A stretch of 64,000 bases of DNA, from the NCBI RefSeq assembly GCF_963676685.1, contig NC_092346.1, positions 47,988,001 to 48,052,000 of the forward strand. The letters are read 5' to 3'. The first letter of the stretch is position 1. Every line of letters starts with the position of its first letter. The stretch is from Mytilus edulis (taxonomy: Eukaryota). A program made the position numbers and the translations under genes. Of the stretch, positions 24,530-38,990 are shown one piece after another. The notes beneath the pieces were generated by a model, which saw nothing but the letters and a program-made list of their open reading frames with translations, ran no database searches and had not been told where the DNA came from.

Positions 24530-24680
24530 GTTGAAATACCTGTTAAAGCATATATATATTCTAGATGTATTTGCATATCTATTATCAAAAAGTATATATA
24601 CAAGCATTCATTTCTGAATTTCTCTTTTTTTATGTCTGTTTTGTGATAGAAAATTCGGAGTGACCCATCGACTCTCGATG

Positions 24681-25623
24681 TACAACTTTGTACCTTTTTC
24701 ACTTTCGATCTTTTATATCTGGGCGTTATGAATTCAAGAGTTAGACATAAAGTTGTACAACTTTGTACCTTTTTCACTTTCGATCTTTTATATCTGGGCG
24801 TTATGTATTCAGGTTTAGTTTTCTGTAATTAGTTAATACTTCAGTTTCTTTATGTATATCTCTTTCATCTTCATTTGATAAAATTTACTGTTTGCAATAG
24901 CATGAATTGTTCTATATAATAAGAATGTTCTTATCCCGGGCGTAACAAACAATGCCGTATTTGGCGAAACCTTTTCAACTTTAGATCTTCAGTGCTGTAC
25001 AACTTTGTACTTTTTTCACTTTCGATCTTTTATATCTGGGCGTCACTGGTGAGTCTTGTGTGGAAAAGGCACGTTTTTGGCGTATTGAATTTTAAACCTG
25101 ATGCTTTTTGTTACCTATTAATCATGTTTTTCTTTGTCTAATATGTTATCCTATTTATTTGTATTGTAGTCCTGTAATATTATGTTGTCATTTCAATGTT
25201 ATATTTAACTTTTTTTTTAAAGTGCGAGGTTTGGCATGCCACAAAACCAGGTTCAACCCACCACTTTTATTCCCCTTTAAAGGTGTCCTGTACCAAGTCA
25301 GGAAGATGGCCATTGTTATATTATTGTTCGTTTCTGTGTGTGTTGCATTTTAACGTTGAGTCATTTGTGTTTTCTCTTATTTTTGAGATATTGAGATAAG
25401 ACGAGGCACGGTACTTGTCTATCCCAAATTCATGTATTTGGTTTTCATGTTATATTTGTTATTCTCGTGGTGTTTTGTCTGATGCTTGGTCCATTTCGGT
25501 GTTGTGTCGTTGTTCTCCTCTTATATTTAATGCGTTTCCCTCGGTTTTAGTTTGTTTACCCGATTTTGTTTTTTGTCCATGGATTTATGAGTTTTGAACA
25601 GCGGTATACTACTGTTGCCTTTA
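24681..25623 (+). mobile_element. Composite non-autonomous repeat with a degenerate hammerhead module, flanked by 41-bp direct repeats
   Basis: Direct repeats at 24640-24680 and 25624-25664; 3' hairpin AACAGCGGTATACTACTGTT followed by GCCTTTATTT. Family copies near 18130-18830, 27780-28262 and 37150-37686. Confidence 0.75.
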
Positions 25624-26067
25624 TTTGTGATAGAAAATTCGGAGTGACCCATCGACTTTCGATGATTGTAAAATTGACAATCCTAGTCAATTAAGGTTGC
25701 ATTCGCCAATGGTGACAGGAGAATAGAAGTATCGTCACTTAAGTCCGCAGCTTCGTCTTGTCCAGAAGTGAGCATGTTTAATCCCATGCCTCCGTGTAGT
25801 AGTGTCAAGCTGTTTACGTGTAAAACAACTCTGAGGATTCGCCTGTTGCGGAGCAAAATTCCCATCCCTTTATAACATATCATAATTAACCTGCGGCAGT
25901 CCAAATTACCAAGACCTTCATTGTGGATTACAAAACATACCTTTTGGAAACATTAAGAAATGTTGGGTCCGGTATTCTCTTCTTCCTTGTACTGTATTTG
26001 GCTTTGATTGACCTTATAGAATCGAGCGTCACTGAAGAATTTTTTGTACACGAAAACGCATTTTTAA

Positions 26068-26707
26068 ATACAAGAGGGGAGATAACTCCATTTTGCGTTC
26101 AACGTACACTTGCAATCAAAATGTATGTGTTTAGACATGTCGCGACTAACAATTCAGTACAAATAATTTGTTGATATCTTATACGGTTTTGTGGAATAAG
26201 TGAAAATAAGCCAAATTCAAAAATTAGAATATGAGTTTGACCTTTGACCTTGACCTAATTTTCATTTGTTTGGACCAAGGACCTCAAATCAAAAGATCAT
26301 AGGTCTCTATCACTTATGGTTTACAAGATAGAAATGCATATCACTTATATCAAATGCATAAGGGGAAATAACTCTCATATGGAACGTTCATTTTGATTTA
26401 GTAAAAATGGGACAAATCATGCGAAGGATATAACGAGCAATTTTATAAAATAAATTTATCTTAATCTTTTACGGTTGCGAAGGAGAAGTGGACACAAGGA
26501 AAACAGTGTTTGGAAACATAACTCCTACAAAGAAAAGTATTCGTTTACGCAAGGTAAATTTCAAAACTGTTCGATATAATATCCCAAATATCTAATCGAC
26601 ATATTGCAAAACAAATATTTATCGCAATAACAAAATTAGGCGGAAGAAAAAACAAATCAGAAGAAAAACAATAGGTCTTTCCATAGAAATGTGGAAAGAC
26701 CTAATAA
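26068..26707. mobile_element. Helentron/HINE-like non-autonomous element
   Basis: Internal TGACCTTTGACCTTGACC and GGGGAGATAACTC motifs, with a terminal hairpin AGGTCTTTCCA..TGGAAAGACCT. The classification is inferred. Confidence 0.5.
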
Positions 26708-27335
26708 ACATACAAAACATTACTTATTCGTGTCAATTCCAATTGCTGAATGCAAAACCGAATTCTAGAACCGTTTTCGAATTATTTCGTTTTGTTTAAA
26801 TATTCCGGGTAAGAACAATTTTATAAAATAGAATTCAATTTAGCAGATATTGTAAAGTGGACAGCCCAGGTCAAGGACTCTCAAAAAGCAAAACATTATT
26901 AAGAACCAAAGACAATTAATGGTGAAATAGAGAATAAACTGATGATGTCAAAACAAAGAAACAAAAACAAACCCCAAAGATATCTAAGGGTCAGTAATGT
27001 TTGTTTGTATATTCAACTACAACTTGAATTTTGTGTGGGAATGTTGGTTTTCGGAGAGAGGTACTTTTTGACATGTATCTGGTGTTCGTATTTGATTTCG
27101 TTTTGTTATTTTACATATGCTATCAAACCAAATCAAAAAACAATTTGATGTATATTTAAAAGAAAAGAATTCCAAAACATAAAACCAGGAAGTATATCAT
27201 ACAATAAAATTGTCCATGATTTTGTGAAATACTGATTTTTACATTAATGTATCTAAAAGAATGGGGTTTCCCTAATCAGTAACATAGTCTTTGCAATTCA
27301 CAATTTTGCTTATATAAATATATATATATATAACT

Positions 27336-27480
27336 ACCTTTAATATTGTTTTAGAATGACACTATCTAGACTACGTCATGTTGTTGTCAGTGATAAGTAT
27401 CGTGATAACGCACAGATATCTACTTGATATTTGAATAGTTTTGAAAAGCGGGAAATTTCAAATGTAAGCAGGAAATTTAG
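27336..27480 (-). promoter_or_regulatory. Putative non-coding exon 1 and promoter of TRIM copy 4 (homologous blocks near 36079-36240 and 42602-42750)
   Basis: Conserved AAAG|GTA donor in the paralog blocks (GT at 27337, 36080, 42603; similar donors at 4814 and 9520). kB-like GGGAAATTTC at 27450-27459 and 42711-42720. Confidence 0.5.
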
Positions 27481-27777
27481 TTTTATAGATCTATAGGTAG
27501 AAAAAAGTATCAAAAGTAAACAGCACAAAGCTATGACCTACTAGCAAAGTTTCAGTTTTTATTTGAACTTTATATATGAACTATTCTAAAAAATAACTAC
27601 GAAATTTTCTCAAAAATCATTATGTCTTGCGTTATTGGGAATCAAAGCGACCTTCTTGTGAATTGGTTCCGATCCAAATGACATAAAACAGGAACATTTT
27701 TGTAAAGCAGCATTCACGTTGAATGACATCATTGCTGATGATCAGCATGGTTTTAAGTCGAACATACATAATGCATT

Positions 27778-28262
27778 TTTATTTGTATTGTAGTCCTGTA
27801 ATATTTTGTTTTCATTTCAATGTTATATTTAACTGTGCCATTAAAGTGCGAGGTTTGGCATGCCTTAAAACCAGGTTCAACCCACCACTTTTATTCCCCT
27901 TTAAAAGTGTCCTGTACCAAGTCAGGAAGATGGCCATTGTTATAATATTGTTCGTTTCTGTGTGTGTGTTGCATTTTAACGTTGAGTCGTTTCTGTTTTC
28001 TCTTATTTTTGAGATAAGACGTGGCACGGTACTTGTCTATCCCATATTCATGTATTTTGTTTTGATGTTATATTTGTTATTCTCGTGGTGTATTGTCTGT
28101 TGCTTGGTCCGTTTCTGTGTGCTGTTGCGTTTCGGTGTTGTGTCGTTGTTCTCCTCTTATATTTAATGCGTTTCCCTCGGTTTTGGTTTGTTGCCCCGAT
28201 TTTGTTTTTTGTCCATGGATTTATGAGTTTTGAACAGCGGTATACTACTGTTGCCTTTATTT
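27778..28262 (+). mobile_element. 5'-truncated copy of the composite repeat family
   Basis: Near-identical to 25155-25625. Confidence 0.7.
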
Positions 28263-29139
28263 ATACAAATAGTTATACATGAGTCATGATCACAGGAGAC
28301 CCAGAGAAACATTACATATTACTTCTGATGGTTAGGAAGGACAACATGCATTAACCCACGATAAAAGCTAAACATGGACAGCACATTATAGAACAACATA
28401 AAATTCTATCATATTAGTCTTAAATCATTGTACTAGGGTAAATTAATAATACGCGTAAAATGATTCATTGATTGACCTACATCAGAAATGTTCATATCCG
28501 AATATTTGAAACTGAAGGATGTAGAACCGAAACAGTTCAAAAGCTATAACCAAATGAATTTCAGACAAGAATTACCTGAGGGAATTATACCTTTTTCTTC
28601 TGAATAATTTTAAGATTTAATACTTACAATTTACGAAAGGCTAGTTGTTAATCATGTCAGAACCGAAGTACTGATAACTAAGCTTTTGATACCATTGGGG
28701 ACTGATCGACCCCTAGCAAATTTGTCGTCCAAGGGCCAAACATGTATAAATAATGAAAACAACTATACACCTTTTTTAAGAGGCAAGCTGAATCCCAACT
28801 CCTAGTGTTTGATTTTCTAGATGTGTTGAAGACCCATTTGTGGCTGTTTTCTGTACATAAGTTGGGTTATTATATCTTTGACACATTTCCATTCTCAATT
28901 TTAAAGCTTTTGAAATAAATAAACTAATGACTTACTATCAGTAACTGCGAATACTCTCAGTTCTGTACGCTGTGTTTTATGTTAGGGATGTATAAATACC
29001 CGGTCTGAGGTTTTCTAAAATGTTTTTCTGCTTTAAAAACAATCTAATTTAAGCCTTTTTCAACTGAAATGAAAAGTGTGTTCATATGTTATACTGTTAC
29101 ACCACTGTCCCAGGTTAAGGGGAGTTTGGCGCCTTCAAA

Positions 29140-29280
29140 TAGTTATTAAAGGTACAGGGATTATATTTTAGTACGCCAGACTCGCGTTCCGTCTACATAA
29201 GACTCATCAGTGACGCTCATATCAAAAGATTTATAACGTCAAGCAAGTTAAAAGTTGAAGAGCATTAAGGTTCAAAAATA
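29140..29280 (-). mobile_element. Fragment of the hammerhead repeat family (GAAA mutated)
   Basis: Close match to 3523-3660; the core reads CTGATGA...GGAA. Confidence 0.7.
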
Positions 29281-31589
29281 TCTAAAAGGTTTTACCCTGC
29301 AACATTGTCTACATGCCTGTCCACGTCCACACGCCTATACTTCAGTGGTTGTCGTTTGTTCATGTCTGTCATATTTGTTTTTCGTAAATTGTTATATTAC
29401 AAATTAGTCTATTAGTTTCCTAAATAGAGTTGTTTTATATTTTCTCACAATTAAGCTTCCTACCAAGAGTCGCTATTTTGTTGATCGCTATGGAATTTCT
29501 GTTTTATAGATAATAATTGCATTCCCTTTTCCCCGAATGTGAATTATTACCGGGCTTGTACTTACATGAGCAACTCGACGTATGTGACATGTAGAGCAGG
29601 ATTTGCTGACCCCTCTGGAGCACATTAAATCACCCCAGATTTTGGCGGGATTCATATAGCTCCGACTATATTTTTTTGTTTTCTTTATTGTTGTTTGTTT
29701 GCCTTTTTCTTTTTTAGCCATGGGGAGATTAGGTTATTTTCGACTTATAAATTTGAATGTTTCTCGGATATCTTTTGCCTATCTTTTTCGTGTCGGGGTC
29801 TTTAAAAATTGATTGCTATGCGATATGTTTTTTTCCGCATTTTTGAAGGCAGTACCATTGCTTATTATTGCATTTGACATGAAATTTAATGGATATAATG
29901 ATATAATTTTTTTCTCATTGTAGATACGATTGCCTTGTATTTCTCACATATACTTCATATGAACATTGACACTCATACCACATCTGTTTATATCTATTTC
30001 GAAGATACCTCGCATTGGCAATCAGAAAAAACCTCTTTATTGAATATTTCTTGTTGTGGTTTTATTTCATGTACTTATGATTTTTTGTGATTAAACCTAT
30101 TCCAATAACATGAATGTATAATTAAAATAAAAAATCATTTTATTTATTTAAGAAGTTTAAAATCAATTATTTCGTTTTAACTGTACTAATCTATCACTTT
30201 TACATCACGCAATACGCGATAGGTGTATATCTGAAACACATTCATTAACATTCTGCAATATATACTAGTATCATATACTAAGTCTTTCGTTTTCTATGTT
30301 GTATGTTCTGTAATATTGCCTGTTTGTCTTTTTATTTAGCCATGGCGTTCTCAGTTTATTTTCAATTTATGAGTTTTACTGTCCCTCTGGTATCTTTTGT
30401 TCCTCTTTCAATTTATTTAACAATTCATTTTCTCTGATTGTTAAGTTTTCTGCCCTGTAATACAATTGTTTACCCCAAACTTTACAAAATCTATTTTAGA
30501 ACAGTTATCATTAACTATGGTTTTCCAACAGAAATTTTAAATAAGTTTCAAAATGTAAAAGATATTAGAAACAAAATCATTTCATGATAGTAATTTTTTT
30601 TAACATTTTAGGTCGATCATTTGTTTTTCAGAGGTAGTGCAACATATTCGTTTAATAAATATTAGATTTAAAATCAAAACGTAGGCTGGTCAGGCAAGTG
30701 CGTCCTTTAACCCAATACAGGACGAAAATGATTAGTTGTCCATCATGTCAAATAAAATGCACAACTGTGTATAAAATCGAAAATATAATTTGTCTGCAGG
30801 AGATAAATAATTATTTTCTAAGTTATTTCTGTAACTAGCATCAATTTTATTTTAAAAATGTATACAAAATAAATGCAAAATCAAAGACCACGTGGCTATT
30901 GGCTATTAAAAGTTTAAATCGTTTGTAGATGTGTGAAGAAAACCAGTAAAATCAATGATTTCATACATTTTGATAACTTTTGCTTGTGACCCTAAATATC
31001 CATATCAGTTATTAAAATAGAAAAGATTCAAGATAAAGATAACCAGATTATTATATAATCACTCCTATCATGCACCTAGGTTTTGAAAAAAAGTTTGTCT
31101 TTTTCATTTTAAGCCAGGTTGTTGTCAGTTTATTTTTCGATTTATGAATTTGACTGTCACTTTGGTTTATTTTGTCCCTCTTTGAAAACAAACTATGTCT
31201 GCAAATCTGCATTAATTTATTAATTCTTTAAAAGTTTACTGAACAATTTGCCGTAATGTTCATTCTTCAACCGATTATTCGTGCTAAATATTTATAAGTA
31301 GAATTAGTCAACTACATCATTGTAAAACTAGATGGATTTACAAAAACAAAATGCATGAGAGCGTGAGATATATTTAAAAAAAAATATTGCATTTTTTACT
31401 ACCTTAAAAGAAAATTGTCAAAAAGATTAACGATAAAGTTATTCAATACTAAATAAGAAAAAAAAACCAACAATATTAATGAGCGTCCTTCAGTCAGGTT
31501 ATTTCAAATCAGAAAAAAATGTACACTAATTGTAGTTATGCATTGTTTTAACTATATCAACATTTTCAAATTAAAAAACATTATAAAAA

Positions 31590-33231
31590 CTACCAAAGTG
31601 TGTACAAGGCGCACCCATTATCTTCACACAAAAGTAACACTTTTTTCTCTTTATTGTAGTGCAATGAACGTGGAATGTCTAAACCATCAGTTGTTGAAAG
31701 TAATGTTCCACTTGAGCTCCCGTCATGTTGTATTACTATCAGCGAATTCGATTCTGGATCAATAACAAATACATTTTGATGTTCATCCACAGCGATGCCC
31801 CATGGGTTAGATAAGGATTTTTCTTTACGTACTTATATCTCATCACATAACATGGAGATACAATGTACAGCGTTATCGAAGGTGAAATAAAATATATCTT
31901 TGGCAGTTTCTATGTATGACCCACAATGAACGGTTAACGTTTTAAGTACTTTTCCTTCAACGTCACTTATTTTAATGCCATCTTGTGTAATAATTATAAT
32001 TGTGTTGTCCGTGTATAATATTCCATAGCTATCTTCTTCTGATTCAAATTTGTCCTCAATCGTATTGTGTTTCTTTAAAATCTTTATACACCGATCTTGA
32101 TATGTAACAGCAATACGATCACTGTCTATTACTAATAAATCAAATGGACATCCAAAGCATGGTATGTCACGAATACATTTACCGTCTTCGCTGTACTCCA
32201 TTAAGACATTCTTATCGACAGGAGCAGCTATTAACACATTTCCGTTTGGTAACATGGTACATCCAGTCAGACCTTTGTGTTCGACACTTAATCTCTATTT
32301 CAACTGGAGTCGAATGCTATTAATGCTTTTTGTATCTTGCACTCGAAGATGTAGCTGGGCTTGATCTACATTTATTTCCTTGAACGGTAGACTGACGGTT
32401 GTATTTTTAACTAATAAGTTCCCGAGCTGATCTTCTCCATTAATCAACGCCATAATAGAAGGATTTAACTGTAAGTGAACTTCATAGTTCTGTACAGATT
32501 TTATTCCATCTTTGATTATTTGTACTTTTTCGAATAATGTTTTTTTTATCTGACGCGTTCCCAGGAAAAGCTGAATATCGGATGCGAATGATTTCAGTTG
32601 TGATGTTTGCTCAATCAGACAATTGAAATCTCGTTTTTGCATTTTTAGATTGCTCCAGAAGCATGTGCACTTCTAATTTACAATTTTCATGTTGCTTTTC
32701 TAATTCATGAAGTAATGTGTGCTCAAAGTCATCTAACTTTTTCAGTATTTTGGCTCGTGTTTCATTGATTGTATTATTGATGGTTTGCTTATTATCTTAA
32801 AAATTTGTCAACGCTGACTCACGATCGGTAATGATTTGTTCAAGATTTTGTAATGTTCCTGTTGATGTGTCCTCCAAATCAGCCAGTGCAGTTGAATGTT
32901 TTGCATTTTCAGCAGCTTTATCTAAAGGAATGACGTCAGAGCATGTCCTATGACGAGATGGAACGCACCCTAAACAAACAGCAACATCATGTGTTTTACA
33001 GAACAGTTCAAGTCGCTTGTCATGGTCTTTACAGGTAATGCTGATGGAAATATTTTGTATCTGCCGGAAGTCTTCTATGGATATCAGCCAGTGATTTCGT
33101 GATATTTTGATAGATTTATGAACCTTCTCGCAATCTGCGCATAATCCCTTTTCAAAAATTGTACACCTTTTTTCTGCGTTTTTATCATTTCCTGCATAAC
33201 AACAAGGACCACAAAGAATCTTTTCAGCCAT
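31590..33231 (-). pseudogene. TRIM-like copy 5 pseudogene
   Basis: Stops at 32797, 32295 and 31833 (Trp in paralogs), a +1 frameshift near 32635-32640, and a B-box1 Cys replaced by Phe (RCTIFEKG). Confidence 0.9.
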
Positions 33232-36200
33232 GTTGTAATGCCTATTGAAAAATATTTGTTAAAGAAATTATTATGAAAATAATGTAAAATAGTTTTTTTT
33301 AAAATTTCACTTTACTTTCATGTCTGCCATTTATTTTTAGGATAGGAAACCGGTTTCCCGGAAAGAACCACCGACTATTGGATTTAAACATGGCAATCCA
33401 AGACAAATAAGATTCCTTATCCTATAATAGTGATAGTAGAATAAAAATATTGTCACATAGGTACTCAGCCACGTCCCGTCAGGATGAAGGATGATTAATC
33501 CTTGTACTTAATTTAGCCTTGTTTGACTAGATTGACTAGAGGGTCACTGGTGAGTCTATGTAGACGAAACCCGGATCTGGCGTACACAATGTAATCTATG
33601 TATATATGATGAACTACCTTTTAATTTCATTTAATACTGAACATGTATGAAACATTTGACACTGGACATTAAGCGAATAACAATCAGTCAATTAAAAATG
33701 GAGTTTAACACACGTGCCACATGCGGACTCTAACTGATAACCGTAGCGATACACTTGATGAACTCATTATACCACTCGGCTTTCGAGGCTCTCGTGTCTA
33801 ATCGAAGTAGTGTAATGATTACATCTTATCAAATATGAATTATTTATATCATTTGCTTAACAATCAATGCTTATGTATTGACATTATCTATATCAAACAT
33901 GTCTTAAATTGTCTGCTATTAATGAATTAAGAAAGTGATTTAACAAATTCCCCAGGCACAGCTGACGTTGGTTTTATGTGGCTGTTATTATTGGTTCGTT
34001 TTGGTTATATAGCTCTTCATGTGTTTCGGTACTAATAAAATCTTGACAATATTTTGGCTCTGAGCGTCCCTTTCAGTTGGATTTATGTGTCGGCCGCGTT
34101 AAAATTATAAAGTGAATTTTCATTTATTTTTTGGCTATGCATATTTTGATTAACTTTATGAATATTTTCATTGATGTGGCTATGCGTATTTTTTATTAAT
34201 TTTTTGAGAAACATGCAATGAAAGGAACTGGAACTTGATACATTTTTTTCCAAGACCCTGAAGTGAAAATTGATATAAATAAAATAAAGCCGAACTAAAC
34301 TAAAATAAGTATCAATCCTACAACTGGTATTTTTTCTAAACCAAAATCCTGAAACATTTTGTTTTTGTAGCATAGTCAGCGTCATCTGTTATGACATTTT
34401 CTCGTGTCGTTATTGTAAGAGTTTCCATGAAATCTCCCAACTTTCACTTATAATTTCTTCTGGTATAATGTCATATATGAGTCTCTAAGAAAACGTTTTG
34501 AAAAGCAACTTATTGTGTAGACTGTTCTTGCTAAGTTGCTGTCTTATTAACAATACCTTCATCTACCTTTATTAATAGAAATAAGCATTCAAGTCACAAT
34601 TTGTAAACAAAGAAAACAATTAAATGTTAAAGTACGGCCTTTAAACGGAGACCTGGCTCACACTGAACAGCAAGATATAAAGAGACACTAAATGACTATT
34701 TGAACAAATTAAAAAAGGATAATCAACGGTGAAAAAAGTAAAATCACAAAAAAACTGAACTTAGAGGAAAATCAATTCGGAAAGTCCATAATCACATGGC
34801 AAAATCAAATTACAAAACGCATCAAAAACTAATTGACAAGAACTGTCATATTCCTTACTTGGTACAGGCATTTTCAAATGTAGAAAATGGTGGATAAAAC
34901 CTGGTTCTATAGCGCGAACCCTCTCACTTTAATGACAGCATCATCAAATTCCGTTATATTTACATTGATGCATTAAATAAACAGACACAATAAATAAAAT
35001 AGTCAAAATATGGGTACAATTTAATTTGCAATTTTAAAAGGAACAATTTATTAGAACACAAAAAATGTCTACTATCTACGAACACATTCATTGATTTAAG
35101 TGTCTGACGTCAGAAAATTGTATACGTCCCATTAATTTGTCGTTCAATGTGCATACAAACAATATGTTTAAAAAAATCAGAAACAATTATATACCACATC
35201 AACAATAAACAACCACTGAACAACAGCTTAAATGACTGACGTAGGACAGTTGCTAAAAAATGCAGCAGGGGGGGGAACATTTTAAAAGGTGCATATCAAT
35301 CGAAAATCTTAACTTGACAAAAAAAGTCTTCTCAAACAAGTAAACATACACTGTACGAATAAATTTGATTTATGATATGATTAAAACAAAAAGGGGATGT
35401 AAAACAATGTCAAAAAGACATCTGAAACCTGGAAAAAATGAGATTTTGTTTGTTTGGTTAATTCCAGTTGCTGAAAGCAAATGCATATCATTTTGGGAAA
35501 AAATTGCAGTAAGATTTTTTTTTGGTTCAGGGTGAGAACAGTTTAATAAAATAGTACTTAAGTTAACAGATATTAAAAAGTGAATCGCAAAATTGAAGGA
35601 CGCACAAAAACAAAGATATGTTGAGATGCAAAAAAAAAGCATCATATTTTAATAACCACCGACAATTAATGGTAAAATAGAGATGCTAGTTTCGAATCGG
35701 TAATGCAGCAACACCAAGACACAAACAAACACACAATGATATCTAGCGATCAGTTGTATTTTTATCTTATCTATCCTACTTTTTTTGTGGGAGTGTTGGT
35801 TGTAGGTGCAGGGTATTTGTTTGAAACGAACACGGCGTTCGTATTTGATATCGTTTGCTATTTAACATATGTTATCAAAACCGAATCAAAAGACAATATG
35901 ATAAAAACTTTAACAAACAAAAATTCAAAATAAAACCAGGAAGAATATCATTCAATGAAATTCCCAGTGGTACTGTGAAAAAATTTAAACATACATCTCG
36001 ATATACATGGATTTAAACGAATGACTTGTCCTAACCTATTAGCATAATATTTGCTATTCAAATTTATTTTGTTTAAATACCTTTGATATCTTCTGAGAAT
36101 GGCATCAATTACGTCATTTTGTTGACAGTGATAAGTCACGTGATTACACACAAATTTCGACTTGGTACTTGAAGATCCTTGAACACAAAATGTACTTTAA

Positions 36201-37149
36201 AAAGCCGGAAATATCAAATGTATGAAAGAATTTAGTTATAAACGATCTATTTGAAGGGTTTTTCCGACCAACAATATATTTTATACAAATAGGCAAAACA
36301 AAACATAATACTATCTCAGAAGACATAAAGAAAAGCCTTATTTTGCTTAAAAGAAAATTTAAAAAAAGTACATAGAAATTCAATTCACAAAGGTGTTCAG
36401 TAATAACACAACAAAAAAGGAAAAGGATTTAGTGAGATGAGATACAAGACAGAGTTAAAATTGCAAAGATACAATCAGTAACAATCTCGTTTGAACTCAT
36501 GGATACCTTCAAAAACTTTTTTCAGTTAGAACATTAAATATGATGACGAAAACAATAGTCTTTATTAAAACTATTCTAATCAACTATGTTTTCAAATGAT
36601 ATTGAGCTGAATGTTGATGTAATATTTAGTAACGATTGTTTTACTGCGTGATAATTATACACTCAAATGGATTACCATTTTAGTCTCCAAGGTATCACAC
36701 TGTCACAAAGATAAATGTATTATAAAAAATAACCAGCGCCTAACCAGGACCTAAGTTTATCTATAAACTCACCATAATTATGCACGATTTTGTTAACGTT
36801 TTAGCGTGTTTTTAAGTGTGTAATTTCCTGTTCCAGATGCCTAAAAAATATAAACTTTTGTTAGTTTTCACTGTTATTAATATAAGTTAGATGAGTCATA
36901 AAAATCTAATCTTGAATTTCATCCAAATTCTCTTAATTTTCTGAACACGTTTTAGAAATTTATATTTGACGTCACTTTGGGCGTTGCAATGACTATGGCT
37001 AACAGGGCCGTGATTTTGTAATGTATTCGTTTTCTATTCTATAGCTAGTCACCACTTCAGTTTAATCATGTTTACCTATTATATAGTCATTTTATAAAAT
37101 TAACTGTTTGCAAAACTATGTATTATTCTTGATAATGATGATGTTTTTG

Positions 37150-37686
37150 TCCTAGGCGGATAACCCTGGCCTCATAAACTTTTGGAACTTTTGGTCCCCG
37201 GCGATCTTCAACTTGGTATTTGTTATGGCTTTCAAACTTTTAACATCTGTCTGAGCATAGTTTTGTGTGGACGTAGTGTGCGTCTGGTGTATAAAAATAT
37301 TGTTTAACCTGTTACCTTTGGATGGCTATTATTCGTTTGTTTATCTGTCCTATATTTTCTTCCATTTATCTGTTTATTTATTGTACACCTGTCGTGTAAT
37401 ATTGTCATTTTAATGTTATAACTAACACTGTCATTAAGCGAGAGGTTTGGCATACCACAAAACCAGGTTCAATCCACCATTTTTTCATACAATTCCCTGA
37501 ACCATGTCAGGAAAATGGCCAATTTTACATTATAGTTCGTTTCTGAGTGTGTTACGTTTCGGTGTTGTGTCGTAGCTCTCTTATATTTGATACATTTCCC
37601 TTAGTTTCATTTTGTAACCCGGATTTTTTTTTTTTCTCTATCGATTTATGAATTTTGAACTGCGGTATACTACTGTTGCCTTTATT
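37150..37686 (+). mobile_element. Diverged copy of the composite repeat family
   Basis: Same internal blocks and 3' hairpin end. Confidence 0.65.
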
Positions 37687-38038
37687 TGTTAAGCATTATT
37701 CACTTCAACAGACATCACAATTATTATTCATCAAGATGTGATTAGTGTTGATGCAAAGTCGAACACATAAATAGTAATAAAGAATGACAGGAGTTTCAGA
37801 GGAACATTACATATTAAAGCTGATGGTTTAGAAGGACATCATTTGCTTAATATCTACGACAAAGCAAGACGCTTCAAAAATTATACTCGTTTGATTATAA
37901 ATATGCGTGATAAGATAATATTTTTCAGACTCAAGGTTTCTTTATTTATCCAGTAAATGTCCCCAAATATCCCGCTTAATACTTTGTCGGGTGTTTTTCA
38001 AACATATAACTAATAACATTAACGGTACCAATTTTTCT

Positions 38039-38082
38039 GCACCAGATGCGCATTTCGACAAATAATGTCTCTTCAGTGATGC
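38039..38082 (-). ncRNA. Minimal type I hammerhead ribozyme (subfamily B, intact)
   Basis: GCATCA CTGAAGA GACA-TTATT-TGTC GAAA T-GCGC-A TC^TGGTGC. All stems pair, with compensatory changes relative to subfamily A. Confidence 0.85.
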
Positions 38083-38779
38083 TCGTGGCCAAAATATGTA
38101 AAATCCAAAGCTTATATAAAAGATGTAGAGCTATAATCCAAAAGTTCCAAAAAAGTATAGCCAAATCCGTGAAAGGAATGATACATATGTGCTGTACTGT
38201 AAAATTATAACAGAGACAATGTAATCATTGGCAAAATTACATTAATACTACATTGTTAAAATATCGTATCGACTGTTCTATCTATTTCTATCAACTTTTG
38301 ACTTATACCAAAAACAAACTCATCATAGATGCCAGTATTTAAATTAATTCTCTGGAAACGTGCGTTTCGTTTGGTAAAACAATTTATCAGTGATGCTCGT
38401 ATTAAACAAAGTGAAAAAAGAAAAAAAAGTACGAAGTAGAAGAAAGTAAAATAAAACAAAATACTGAACTCCGAGGATAGTACAAAACTGGAAAGTCCCT
38501 GATCAAATATCAAAATCAAAAGCTCAAACATATCAAAAGAATGAATAACAACTGTCATATTTTTGACTTGGTACAGGCATTTTTTTAAGTTGAAAATGAT
38601 GGATAAAATCTGATTTTATAGCTAGCTAAACCTCTTGTATGACAGTTGCATAGAATTCCATTATAATGAAAACGATTGTGCAAATAACACAAACAGACAA
38701 AAAAAGTAAAAATGACAAAAAAATAGTGGTGCAGCGGTCAATATTGTGTTATAGAGATGTTAAACAACGTCAGTACCCA

Positions 38780-38990
38780 GAATCAATAGTTCAAATACAT
38801 TTGTTGATACAGAATATTTACTTACAATGTCTTGGTACACATCTCTCGATCCTGGTATCGATGATGAGTTTATTTGGTACCTTCGATGAACTTGTTTTAA
38901 AAAAACAATCTTTAGAAGAGTATTGGGAACAATAGCACTTAAAGTTTTGTCATAGACAGCTAAGGTAATATATTCCTTGAACACAGGAGT
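38780..38990 (-). mobile_element. Degraded PLE-like RT 3' fragment
   Basis: IVFLKQVHRRYQ / YQDIVSKYSVST resembles the PLE motif LKKF.GRYQDLV.KY; a similar short relic IGRY*DLV lies near 2180-2205. Confidence 0.45.

Noticed and set aside
24530-24607. 26-aa N-terminal extension of the 575-aa ORF
   Set aside because: It runs through the conserved splice acceptor into the intron, and all paralogs start at MxxxILCGPC.
25108-28282. Similar short hydrophobic ORFs (CHKTRFNPP...) as a small gene family
   Set aside because: They are chance translations of one interspersed repeat family, with inconsistent frames among copies.
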